From contig CANQXR010000011.1 in assembly GCA_947627855.1 (NCBI GenBank), positions 1,638-65,637 of the forward strand: a stretch of 64,000 bases of DNA. Reading direction: 5' to 3'. The notes beneath the pieces were generated by a model. That model ran no database searches and was not told the DNA's origin. It worked only from the letters and a program-made list of their open reading frames with translations. The position numbers and the translations under genes were made by a program. This DNA is from an uncultured Clostridia bacterium (GTDB taxonomy: Bacteria > Bacillota > Clostridia > Lachnospirales > CAG-274). This document shows positions 52,791 through 61,722 of this stretch, one piece after another (the first letter of the stretch is position 1; each line of letters begins with the position of its first letter).

Positions 52791-52860
52791 AATGCTCCTT
52801 GCTTCAATATAAAATCAATATGGCTCCGGATATATACCGCCGGATCCCAATAACAGTGCA

Positions 52861-52889
52861 ATTATACATCACATTCAGACTTATGTCAA
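52861..52889 (-). promoter_or_regulatory. Consensus sigma-A promoter for the UPF0104-GT2 operon (TTGACA-17-TATAAT)
   Basis: Reverse strand TTGACA (52889..52884), 17-nt spacer, TATAAT (52866..52861). Confidence 0.6.
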
Positions 52890-53051
52890 CAATCTATTAA
52901 AAAGTCGAAATAAATTGATGTTAAAGGTCAAATGATTGGTTACACTTCTTCGCCAGATTAGTTGTCAATGGTAGGGTGGAGATTTTTTTAAAAAATTCTA
53001 TTTGATTTTTTAAAAAAATACTACCCGACCTTGACAACGGCAGCTTTCGTA

Positions 53052-54195
53052 ATATAATTGATATCCGGCTTTCAGCATACCCTGCTGAAAGCCCTTATCC
53101 AGCCATTATATATTAAAACATTACACCCAGATACTTTGAAACCACTTCATTCGGGCTTTGCATATTGAGGCACGTTTTTATATATGTATTAGATTTCTTT
53201 TGATAAACAGCGAGCTGTTTCCTGCCATCTTCCAAATTATACATTTTTAACTTGCTGTAAAACCTTTCCTCGTCCTGTCTGTTCTGACGTTCTACTTTGC
53301 CATTATGCCGAGGTGTTGCTATTCGTATTCTTTGATATTCGATACCAAGCTTTTCTAATGCACCCTCAAATAATGTCTTATGCTTTGCTTTTACGACCAA
53401 TAACGCATTGGTAAACTCAGGACCGTTATCCGTTTGTATTCTCAATATAGGAAACGGAGCTGCCTTTATCAAGCTTAGCAGAAACTGATATGAGCTGTAT
53501 GTGCTGTGCTCATCATACATCTGCCTGAAAGTCCACCTGCTGCATTCATCAATGGCAACATAAACATAATATTTCCGACCGTCAACAGTACACCTACTTG
53601 GTACATATTTTACGTCAGAGCGAAAAAATAATTTCTTTTAAAGCTTTATGGATATTATTTTTTCGCTTTTCTGTACCTTTTGTCCAATATATTCTGCCCT
53701 TTTATATGGCTTGGGTTTCCTTTTTGCTTTTTCCTTCTTGACAGTCTTTACCTTTAACCTACTTACAAACTTCCTGAAGCTGTCATAACTGCGAGTGTAT
53801 CCGTATCTTTCTTTCATTTCCTGATATGCCAGTATTACATCTTTCCATTAACGGAACAAGTGAAATACCAATAAATATTAATAGAAATTTCACTTGTTCC
53901 ATATATGCTTTTTCATAAGCCTTTTTATTAGCTTTATCTCTTTGTCTGTATGTGACTTTCGGAGATGATGTGGTCTGTGACTTCTGTCTTCAAGACTTTT
54001 TATGGTTCCATCATACCGTTTCATCCATTTATATACAGTCTTCCGACTTACTCTGAACCTCAAAGATGTTTCTGTTACTGTATGTCCCTCTAAATATTTA
54101 ATTATCCGTTGACGAAAGTTCTTTAATTGTGCTAACATAGTATTGCAAGATTCTCCTTTCTTGATATTTTTGTTGTTTGGACACTTCAATTATAT
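53052..54195 (-). mobile_element. Degenerate IS481-like insertion sequence (boundaries uncertain)
   Basis: Contains the broken DDE transposase gene. The only end signal seen is a 10-bp AT-rich inverted match, atataattga (53052..53061 versus the complement of 54186..54195), which is weak evidence. Confidence 0.4.
53113..54189 (-). pseudogene. IS481-family (rve/DDE) transposase split into three same-frame fragments
   Basis: Fragment 1: HTH ...VSRKTVYKWMKRY...RSHRPH. Fragment 2: WKDVILAYQEMKERYGYTRSYDSF...GQKVQ. Fragment 3: DVKYVPS...YVYVAIDECSR...IQTDNGPEF...ATPRHNGKVERQNR (D, D, E of the rve fold). In-frame stops at 53892..53890 and 53640..53638. Confidence 0.75.
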
Positions 54196-54588
54196 CATAA
54201 AAAGTTGAATCTTGCTTTTTTATTTTTTCAGTATTACCTATCTATTGTCCCTTAACACTATTAAAAAGTCGAAATAAATTGACGCAAAAATAAGTCCCAT
54301 TTATGATCAAAACGAGTTGAAATTTAATTGTCGAAAAGGTATGAAGCAAGGCTGTAAAAATGTCAACAACTGCTCTTGACAACAATAACGGCAGACAAGG
54401 ATTCCGGATTTTCAGACAATGGGGTATTAAAGAAAGCTGACAGCGGAATGCTCAGCCGATTTATTACCAAAGGAACGGATATAGTGACAATATCCGGAAA
54501 TCGGTGAAGCTGTTCAAAAAGTATGGATAATTGTCAGGTCGAACCATATGGAAATAAACGACTGGCACTGTGTTTCATTCATATTTAT

Positions 54589-56019
54589 TTATGATTTTTT
54601 TAATTCAAACCAGAATGTACTCCCTTTCCCCTTCTCGCTGACAACGCCAAAGTCTGAATTATGGGCGGCAAGTATTTCCCTGACTATTGCCAGCCCCAGA
54701 CCGTTTGCGCCGCCTTTTTTTGAAGCAAAATACCTGTCCCATATATGCGGCAGATCTTCGGGGCTTATGCCGTCGCCGTTGTCGCTTATTTCCGTTCTTA
54801 TAATTCCGCTCTTTTCAAAAACCGAAATATGAAGCCTTCCGTTTTGCTTCATATGAGCAGTGGCATTTGATATAAGATTATATAATACCTGCTGTATGCG
54901 CTTTTTATCTGCATCGGCAAATTTATGGGGTTCTATTGTCTTTGTTATGCTGATGCTGTTTGCTTTGCATATTGGGGAAAACTGTTCAGCCGCAGCCTCT
55001 GCCAAAGCGCTTATATCCGTTTTTCCGAAGTCAAACCTGACTGCCCCCGACTGAAGCTTTGAATAATACAGAATGTCATTTACAAGAAGGGATAATCTGT
55101 CGGCTTCTCTTATTATTATTTCTGCGTCATCATTTGTGTTTTCTTTTCCGTCCATATCCCGTATAAGCTCCGCATAGCCTTTTATCATAGTCAGGGGAGT
55201 ACGCAAATCATGAGAAACATTTGCAAGAAGCTCTCTGCGAAGCTTGTCGGTTTCGGAAATTCTTTTTGCGGCATACACCAAAGAATCGGCAAGCTTGTCG
55301 GTTTCGGCGCAAAATCCCCGTTTAAAGCTTATATTAAAGTCGCCCTCCGCCATTTTCAGAGATTGCTCTGACAGCTGTGAAATAGGTTTTGAAAATCTTT
55401 TCGATATAAATATAGCTATGAGAAAACCGATAATAAGTGCAAGTGCAGTTACGGCGCAAAGCTGAAGTCTGATTATTGACACAGCAGAGCCTACTGCGCC
55501 TATCGGAGTATTAATATACAGAACAGACCCATCAGACAGCCTTTGCCCATATATAAGAGTATCGCTTTTTTTATCGTGGTCGATGGTGTAGCATACACTT
55601 TCGCTGTCTCCGAGCTTTTCAAGAAAATCGTCATAATGCTCAGGCAGATGACGATATGACATATATGTATAGTCTGACCTGTATGGGTTTTTATCCTCTC
55701 CATGTCCGGCAAAGTCATATGGTTTTTTATTGTAGGAAAGACTGTATTCATCTGCGCTGTAAAGTATATTTCCATCACCGTCAGTTAAAAGTATCAATAT
55801 TGAATTTTCCGCAGCAGCAGAATCGATTATAAATTCCTTATTCTCATCTGCGCTGCAAATCTCGTTCGCTATCCTTCTGATGTGAGTCCTTTGCATTACA
55901 TCGTAGAAGCTTTCCAGAAATACCGTCTGCAAAAGCCATAGAACAGCAAATATCATTATTGCAAATATTGTAAAATATGTCCATAATTTAAAGCATATGG
56001 ATTTACTTTCTGATTTCAA
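54589..56019 (-). CDS. Sensor histidine kinase (two TM helices, HAMP, HisKA, HATPase)
   Basis: H-box SHDLRTPLT, N/G boxes NLISNA, DNGDGI, GLGLAIV. Confidence 0.9.
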   Translation of the reverse strand: MKSESKSICFKLWTYFTIFAIMIFAVLWLLQTVFLESFYDVMQRTHIRRIANEICSADENKEFIIDSAAAENSILILLTDGDGNILYSADEYSLSYNKKPYDFAGHGEDKNPYRSDYTYMSYRHLPEHYDDFLEKLGDSESVCYTIDHDKKSDTLIYGQRLSDGSVLYINTPIGAVGSAVSIIRLQLCAVTALALIIGFLIAIFISKRFSKPISQLSEQSLKMAEGDFNISFKRGFCAETDKLADSLVYAAKRISETDKLRRELLANVSHDLRTPLTMIKGYAELIRDMDGKENTNDDAEIIIREADRLSLLVNDILYYSKLQSGAVRFDFGKTDISALAEAAAEQFSPICKANSISITKTIEPHKFADADKKRIQQVLYNLISNATAHMKQNGRLHISVFEKSGIIRTEISDNGDGISPEDLPHIWDRYFASKKGGANGLGLAIVREILAAHNSDFGVVSEKGKGSTFWFELKKS

Positions 56020-56671
56020 ATTTATATCCCACTCCCCGCACTGTAACTATATTGTCCCGACATTTACCTATATGTGAGCGAAGCTGTTTTATCTGCCAGT
56101 CAACTGTACGGTCCGCAGAAAAATACTCATAGCCCCATACGGCTTCTATTATCTGTTCCCTTGTAAGCACTATTCCCATATTTCTGACAAGGTATAACAG
56201 CAGATCATACTCCTTTGCCGTAAGCTCCGTTCTTTTGCCCTCTATATAAACAACTCTCCCAAGCGTATCTATTTCTATGTTTCCCACCTTGATTTTATCT
56301 GACGCTGTTCTGCTGTGCCGACTTATCACGACCTTTATGCGTGCCATAAGCTCCCTTGGAGAAAAGGGCTTTACGACATAATCGTCTGCCCCTGTTTCAA
56401 AGCCAAACAGCTTGTCATATTCCTCTCCCCTCGCCGAAAGCATTATAACGGGAATGTCTTTGATGCCCCGTATTTTTTTGCAGGCGGAAAAGCCATCAAG
56501 CTCAGGCATCATGGCATCCATTATTATAACGTCAAAATCCTCATTGCGGCACATTGAAACAGCCTCAAGCCCATCGGAGGCCTCCGCCGTGTCATACCCT
56601 TCATGCTTTGCATATCTGCAAATAAGAGTGCGTATATCCGGTTCATCGTCAACAATAAGTATTTTTGCCAC
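56003..56671 (-). CDS. OmpR-family response regulator
   Basis: ILIVDDEPD, MPELDG receiver motifs, C-terminal winged helix (..TVRGVGYKF). Start set at GTG 56671 behind AGGAGG; ORF-track start is 56710. 17-nt overlap with the kinase gene. Confidence 0.9.
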   Translation of the reverse strand: MAKILIVDDEPDIRTLICRYAKHEGYDTAEASDGLEAVSMCRNEDFDVIIMDAMMPELDGFSACKKIRGIKDIPVIMLSARGEEYDKLFGFETGADDYVVKPFSPRELMARIKVVISRHSRTASDKIKVGNIEIDTLGRVVYIEGKRTELTAKEYDLLLYLVRNMGIVLTREQIIEAVWGYEYFSADRTVDWQIKQLRSHIGKCRDNIVTVRGVGYKFEIRK

Positions 56672-56769
56672 CGTCCTCTCCTCCTTTCGCTTTTTATGAT
56701 ATTCTAACATATATAAGCTGATTTATCAATTAAAAAGAAACACAGGTTCACCGTGTTTCTCTTTTTTCC

Positions 56770-57201
56770 TTATTTGCTTTCTGTGTAATTCTTTATGGAA
56801 TCAGACTGTTCCTTTGTTATAATGCCTTCATCAACAAGCTCTTCAAGCCCGCCCTTGCGCTCTCTCTTTCTTTCCGCAAAAGCCTCATGACGTTCCTCGG
56901 CGCTCATGTTTTCCATATCAGCATATACTGCGCTTATTTCCTCATGCTTCTTTGACATATATTCGGAAATTTTGTCAGCCGTTGCCTGATCGATAATGTC
57001 TGACTCAACAAGAGCTTCCGTGTCAGCGTGATGTCCTGCCGAATAAACAAATGTCTGTTCTCCGCCTGTTCCGTAATGATTTGCCTTTCCCATTCTGAAT
57101 CCATACTCTGACGTAGTGTCAGCTGCAAATGCAGATACTGTAAATACGGTTATAGCAAGCACAGCGGCATAACCGCATATTTTTCTGAAGCAATATTTCA
57201 T
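56770..57201 (-). CDS. Small exported protein of unknown function, first gene of the two-component operon
   Basis: Signal peptide ...AVLAITVFTVSAFA/AD, then an acidic helical C-terminal half. No family recognised. Confidence 0.5.
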   Translation of the reverse strand: MKYCFRKICGYAAVLAITVFTVSAFAADTTSEYGFRMGKANHYGTGGEQTFVYSAGHHADTEALVESDIIDQATADKISEYMSKKHEEISAVYADMENMSAEERHEAFAERKRERKGGLEELVDEGIITKEQSDSIKNYTESK

Positions 57202-57613
57202 AACTATCTTCCTTTCTGTAATTTTTATTATAATAATATCCTAAACCGATTCTGTGTGTAAAATATGTTATGAATGTGTGATTTATGTGGAATATTTATG
57301 TCTGTGAAAATAAAAAAGCTTCATAATTGCTCTTAAGCTGCACTGCTTGTATCTGAAGTTGCAGATATCCACTGTAATTACATCTGCTTTTATACATTTT
57401 TTGACCTGTCATTTACCGTTTACTTTACTTCCCCATCTGAAAGCTGTATATTTCTTACAATTTTACAGATTTACGGGCTTGGCGGCTTTTTAAAACAGGC
57501 GGAATTGTTTGAACGGTTTTTTTAGGGATTTTTTTAATTATGCTTGTAATATTTCGTATTAAATGTTAAAATATTAGAAGAATGTTAAAAAACACTGCTT
57601 GGGAGGTAGATTT

Positions 57614-59260
57614 ATGGATTATGTTGGTATGCTTATAACCTTTGCCGGCGGTCTTGGCTTGTTTTTGTACGGCGTAAGCCTTATGTCATCGGGTCTGCAG
57701 AAGGTTGCAGGCGACAAAATGAGAAGAATACTTGCCATTCTTACCAAAAACAGGCTTGTCAGTGTGGGCGTGGGCGCTCTTGTGACGGCTATTATACATT
57801 CGTCTGCGGCTACCACTGTTATGGTCATAGGCTTTATAAATGCCGGTCTGCTTAACCTTATGCAGTCTGTGGGCATTATAATGGGTGCAAATATAGGTAC
57901 TACCATAACAAGCTGGCTTGTTTCATCATCGGAATGGGCGTCCTTTATGGAGCCGCTTACCATGGGGCCTGTTGCAATTGCCATAGGCGCTATCTGCGGT
58001 GTTTTCTTTTCAAAGGGACTTATAAAGAGCCTGAGTGAAATAGTTGTGGGCTTCGGTATGCTCTTTATGGGTATAGGGCTTATGACACAGGGCGCTGCAC
58101 CCCTGGCAGGTCTGCCGGCGTTTTCACGGGCATTTGCGGAGCTTGGCTCCAATCCTTTCCTCGGCGTAGTAACCGGTGCGGTCGTTACCGCAATAATACA
58201 ATCCTCCACGGCTTCGGTAGGTATACTCCAGTCCCTCGCCCTTTCGGGCATAGTCACATGGAACAGTGCCGTATACATAATCATGGGACAGAACATAGGT
58301 ACCTGTGTAACGGCTATCTTCTCGGCAGTAGGTGCTTCAAAGAATGCCAAGGCGGCTGCCTGCATACATCTTATGTTCAATGTGATAGGCTCCGTTATTT
58401 TCAGCGTGCTTGCATATCTGCTTTTCAGATTCGCCCTTGTGGATCTGGGAAATCAGGTTATAACCATAACGGAAATATCCGTTATACACACAGGCTTCAA
58501 TGTGCTTAATACTGTTTTTATGTTCCCATTTGCCAATATTCTTGTTAAGGCAGCCGAAAAGATGACCTCCTTCTTTAAGGAAAACGAGGACGAAGCTGTT
58601 CTTGTACATCTTGACAACAGGCTTTTGGGCACAACGCCTATCGCAATTGAAAACAGCATTAAGGAAATCGTAAGAATGGGCAAAATGTCCCTTGAAAACC
58701 TTATCCTTGCAAGCGATGCACTTTTCGACCACGACAGCGAAAAAATAGAAAAGGTCGATGCAAGAGAGGACAGCATAGACCAGCTTCAGAACACTATAAC
58801 GAGGTTTATGGTTAAAATATGCAACGCTCCGGGCATAAGCATAAAGGAAAACAAGGTCGTTACATCTCTTTTCCATACTGTAAACGATATGGAGAGAATA
58901 GGTGATTACAGCGAAAACCTTGTTGAGTCGGCTCAGTTTATGATGAAGGAAAATCTTGAGTTTTCCGATAAGCAAAAGGAAGAGCTGAGAAAAATGTGCG
59001 ACGAAACCATCTCCTGCGTTAAAAATGCCCTGAATGCCCTTGAATTCAACGACTATACAAGCGTTGAAAGAACGATCAGAAAAGAGCAGAACATAGACGA
59101 TATGGAAAAGAGCTTCAGAAGGCTCCATGTGGAAAGACTTTCCGAAAATTCAGTAGACCCCACAACGGGCATTTCATATCTCGACACCCTCACAAACCTC
59201 GAAAGAGTCGGCGACCATGCCCTTAATGTGGCGCAGGTCGTAATGAGAAGATTCTTATAA
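57614..59260 (+). CDS. Na/Pi cotransporter family protein with C-terminal PhoU-like repeats
   Basis: Duplicated Na_Pi_cotrans blocks (GANIGTT, GQNIGTC). C-terminal PhoU-type helical repeats with ERIGD / ERVGDHA. Start at ATG 57614 behind GGGAGG. Confidence 0.85.
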   Translation: MDYVGMLITFAGGLGLFLYGVSLMSSGLQKVAGDKMRRILAILTKNRLVSVGVGALVTAIIHSSAATTVMVIGFINAGLLNLMQSVGIIMGANIGTTITSWLVSSSEWASFMEPLTMGPVAIAIGAICGVFFSKGLIKSLSEIVVGFGMLFMGIGLMTQGAAPLAGLPAFSRAFAELGSNPFLGVVTGAVVTAIIQSSTASVGILQSLALSGIVTWNSAVYIIMGQNIGTCVTAIFSAVGASKNAKAAACIHLMFNVIGSVIFSVLAYLLFRFALVDLGNQVITITEISVIHTGFNVLNTVFMFPFANILVKAAEKMTSFFKENEDEAVLVHLDNRLLGTTPIAIENSIKEIVRMGKMSLENLILASDALFDHDSEKIEKVDAREDSIDQLQNTITRFMVKICNAPGISIKENKVVTSLFHTVNDMERIGDYSENLVESAQFMMKENLEFSDKQKEELRKMCDETISCVKNALNALEFNDYTSVERTIRKEQNIDDMEKSFRRLHVERLSENSVDPTTGISYLDTLTNLERVGDHALNVAQVVMRRFL

Positions 59261-59301
59261 TAAAAACATAGGGAAACGCCCTATAATCAGTATTTAAACA
59301 G

Positions 59302-59343
59302 AAAGCCCCTCGGTGAAGCACTTGTCATCGGAGGGGCTTTTTG
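59302..59343. terminator. Terminator hairpin between the Na/Pi transporter gene and the hxlR-like gene
   Basis: aaagcccctc-N19-gaggggcttt followed by ttg; convergent genes on both sides. Confidence 0.65.
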
Positions 59344-59357
59344 CATTCCGCATTCGG

Positions 59358-59687
59358 TTAAAGCATATTTTTATATTCTTTTCCCCATTTTTCCATAGAA
59401 TCGAGTATAGGGCGCATTGTTTCGCCAAGCTCCGAAAGGGAATATTCAACCTTCGGGGGAATCTCGGCGTATACAGTTCTTGTGATTATGCCGTCCGCCT
59501 CCATAGAACGCAGACTATCTGTCAGAACCTTCTGACTTATGCCCTCAAGGGACCTTTTAAGCTCATTGAACCGCCACGGACGCTCTCTTAAATTTCTTAG
59601 TATTAACAGCTTCCATTTGCTGCCTATAAGCTGAACGGTCACGGCGACAGGGCATTCGGGCAATTCTTCCTTCTTAAGCATACACAC
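59358..59687 (-). CDS. HxlR-family winged-helix transcriptional regulator
   Basis: CPVAVTVQLIGSKWKLLILRNL...RFNEL...GISQKVLT..LR.ME.DGII.R is the diagnostic HxlR pattern. Divergent from the peptide operon. Confidence 0.85.
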   Translation of the reverse strand: MCMLKKEELPECPVAVTVQLIGSKWKLLILRNLRERPWRFNELKRSLEGISQKVLTDSLRSMEADGIITRTVYAEIPPKVEYSLSELGETMRPILDSMEKWGKEYKNML

Positions 59688-59875
59688 ACCACCTTTTTAT
59701 TACATTTGAATCTGAATGTATATTAAAATAATAGTGCATAAGTCTGTATTTGTCAACGGTTACATTTTTGTGACTGACTGATAAAAAAGTGCGTACTTGT
59801 TTTGGGGAAAAATTTCCCTTAATATGAATTGTGGGAAGTGAAAAAAATCCCGAAATTACATAAGGAGGAATGAAA

Positions 59876-60022
59876 ATGGCACTTTCAGATTTATACGGCT
59901 GGAACAGAAACAGCAGTAAGGCGGCTCCATCGTCAGCCTGCGGAACAGCCTGTGGTGCCCCTGACAAGCCGGACGACAAACCATCGCCATGCGGCTCTGC
60001 CTGCGGTGCGCCGGACAAATAA
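59876..60022 (+). CDS. 48-aa Cys-rich precursor peptide with tandem ACGX units (candidate RiPP precursor)
   Basis: Not in the ORF track. AAGGAGG at 59862..59868, 7 nt before the ATG. Translation MALSDLYGWNRNSSKAAPSSACGTACGAPDKPDDKPSPCGSACGAPDK*. An 11-residue module C-G-x-A-C-G-A-P-D-K occurs twice. Lies immediately upstream of a radical SAM/SPASM gene. Confidence 0.75.
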   Translation: MALSDLYGWNRNSSKAAPSSACGTACGAPDKPDDKPSPCGSACGAPDK

Positions 60023-60029
60023 TTTTCCG

Positions 60030-60074
60030 CTCCCGACAACAGGACTTTTCCCCTTGTTGTCGGGAGAGCTTTTA
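60030..60074 (+). terminator. Hairpin with short U-tract between precursor and maturase genes (likely partial terminator/attenuator)
   Basis: ctcccgacaaca-N13-tgttgtcgggag (12-bp perfect stem) followed by agctttta. Confidence 0.45.
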
Positions 60075-60091
60075 AGTCACAGGAAAGAGAG

Positions 60092-61132
60092 ATGATACAT
60101 ATGAAGGAATATTTTGCTTTTCAATGGCACATTACGGACGAATGCGACCAAAGATGTAAGCACTGCTATATATTTTCGGAAAATACAGATAAAAAGACGG
60201 ATAATATGACCTATGGGCAAATGAAGGAGGTATTGGCAAACTGCGAGGACTTCTGCATTATGTACGACAGACTGCCCTACTTCTATATTACAGGAGGCGA
60301 CCCACTGCTTAACCCCGACTTCTGGAGGCTTGCGGAGCTTCTGAAAAGCAGGAGCATTCCCTTTGCCATTCTTGGCAACCCTTTTCACCTCACGGAAGAT
60401 GTATGCAGACGGCTGAAGGAAAGCGGCTGTCTGAAATATCAGCTTTCGGTGGACGGCATGAGAAAAACCCACGATTGGTTCAGAAAAAGCGGCTCCTTCG
60501 ACATAACCATGGATAAAATAAGCCTTATCAAAAAAGCAGGTATGAAAGCAGTCGTTATGACCACCGTATCGGGAACAAACATAGACGAAATTCCCGATAT
60601 TACAGACGCCGTTGTCGAAGCCGGAGCGGACGTGTTTGCCTTTGCGAGATATTGTCCCACAAGCAGTGAAAAAAGCGTAAATATAGATCCTTTGCGCTAT
60701 CGCAGACTTCTTGCGGAGTGCGACAGGAAATTCAAGGAATATGAAAAAAAGGACTGCAAAACCTATTTCAGCAGAAAAGACCACCTATGGACACTTTTCA
60801 GATATGAAACGGGAGAATTCACTATTCCCGAAGCTGCCGCAAAGGGTGTTATATACGATGGGTGCAACTGCGGAAACTGCCACCTTACCATTCTGCCCAA
60901 CGGCGACGTTATGGCTTGCAGAAGGGTAAACGGCAGCATATTGGGCAGCGTATTTGAAAACAGACTGGCGGACATATGGGTATGTGAAGCGGAGGAATTC
61001 AGAAACTACGACAAATTCATAAAATGCAGCAAATGTGAATTACTGGCGTGGTGCAGAGGGTGTCCTGCTGTTGCGGCAGGAGCCGGAGGAGATTTTTACG
61101 CTCCCGACCCGCAGTGTTGGAAGGAGGTCTGA
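60092..61132 (+). CDS. Radical SAM / SPASM-domain peptide-modifying enzyme
   Basis: CDQRCKHC (CxxxCxxC) at residues 18-25. C-terminal CNCGNCHLTILPNGDVMAC ... CSKCELLAWCRGC ... DPQC matches the SPASM seven-Cys pattern. 346 aa, no N-terminal RRE-sized extension. ATG 60101 is an alternative start. Confidence 0.9.
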   Translation: MIHMKEYFAFQWHITDECDQRCKHCYIFSENTDKKTDNMTYGQMKEVLANCEDFCIMYDRLPYFYITGGDPLLNPDFWRLAELLKSRSIPFAILGNPFHLTEDVCRRLKESGCLKYQLSVDGMRKTHDWFRKSGSFDITMDKISLIKKAGMKAVVMTTVSGTNIDEIPDITDAVVEAGADVFAFARYCPTSSEKSVNIDPLRYRRLLAECDRKFKEYEKKDCKTYFSRKDHLWTLFRYETGEFTIPEAAAKGVIYDGCNCGNCHLTILPNGDVMACRRVNGSILGSVFENRLADIWVCEAEEFRNYDKFIKCSKCELLAWCRGCPAVAAGAGGDFYAPDPQCWKEV

Positions 61133-61134
61133 AC

Positions 61135-61713
61135 ATGGAGCTTATGGAAATCATAAAAAAACGGCGCTCAATACGCCGATATTCAGACAGACAGATAAGC
61201 CGCAGAGATATGGAAAAAATTATAGAAGCGGGAGCCGCCGCCCCCAACGCAGGAGGAGGACAGAGAAGCATATTGGTCGGAGTGCATAACAGTCGGCTGA
61301 CAACACAAATAGGTCTTATGAATATGAAAAAATTCGACCGCTCCAAGCTTGCAGGCTCCTACGTTTCAAGGGAACAGCCAAGCGTAATAGACGACCCTTC
61401 AATAAGGAACGGATTTTACGGCGCTCCCTCAGTAGTGATTATTTTCGGTCAGAAAAATTTTATGTTCCGTACAGCAGACGCATTCTGCTGCGCCGAAAAT
61501 ATGGTTTTGCAGGCAGCGGAGCTTGACATCGCCTCCTGCATAATTTCAAGAGGAGAAGAAACCTTTTCAGATGAGGAAGGCGAAAAGCTGCTCAGAGAAT
61601 GGGACATACCCGAAAATTATTCCGCCGTATGCTTTGTCATTCTCGGATATACAGACGACAAACAGCCCTCTTCAAAACCCATACGGCAGGGAAGAATAAA
61701 AATTATAGAATGA
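61135..61713 (+). CDS. Nitroreductase-family flavoprotein
   Basis: IIKKRRSIRRYSD, AAPNAGGGQ and other nitroreductase-fold motifs. ATG 61135 lies 2 nt after the rSAM stop, with AAGGAGG inside the rSAM 3' end. The ORF-track start 61048 overlaps the rSAM gene. Confidence 0.85.
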   Translation: MELMEIIKKRRSIRRYSDRQISRRDMEKIIEAGAAAPNAGGGQRSILVGVHNSRLTTQIGLMNMKKFDRSKLAGSYVSREQPSVIDDPSIRNGFYGAPSVVIIFGQKNFMFRTADAFCCAENMVLQAAELDIASCIISRGEETFSDEEGEKLLREWDIPENYSAVCFVILGYTDDKQPSSKPIRQGRIKIIE

Positions 61714-61722
61714 GGTGATTAT

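Noticed and set aside
59674-60039. 121-aa minus-strand ORF overlapping the precursor peptide gene
   Set aside because: There is no RBS and its 5' end lies inside the downstream hairpin region. Its GAPQA repeats are the antisense image of the ACGX repeats. The plus-strand peptide has a perfect RBS and sits in the expected position before an rSAM/SPASM gene.
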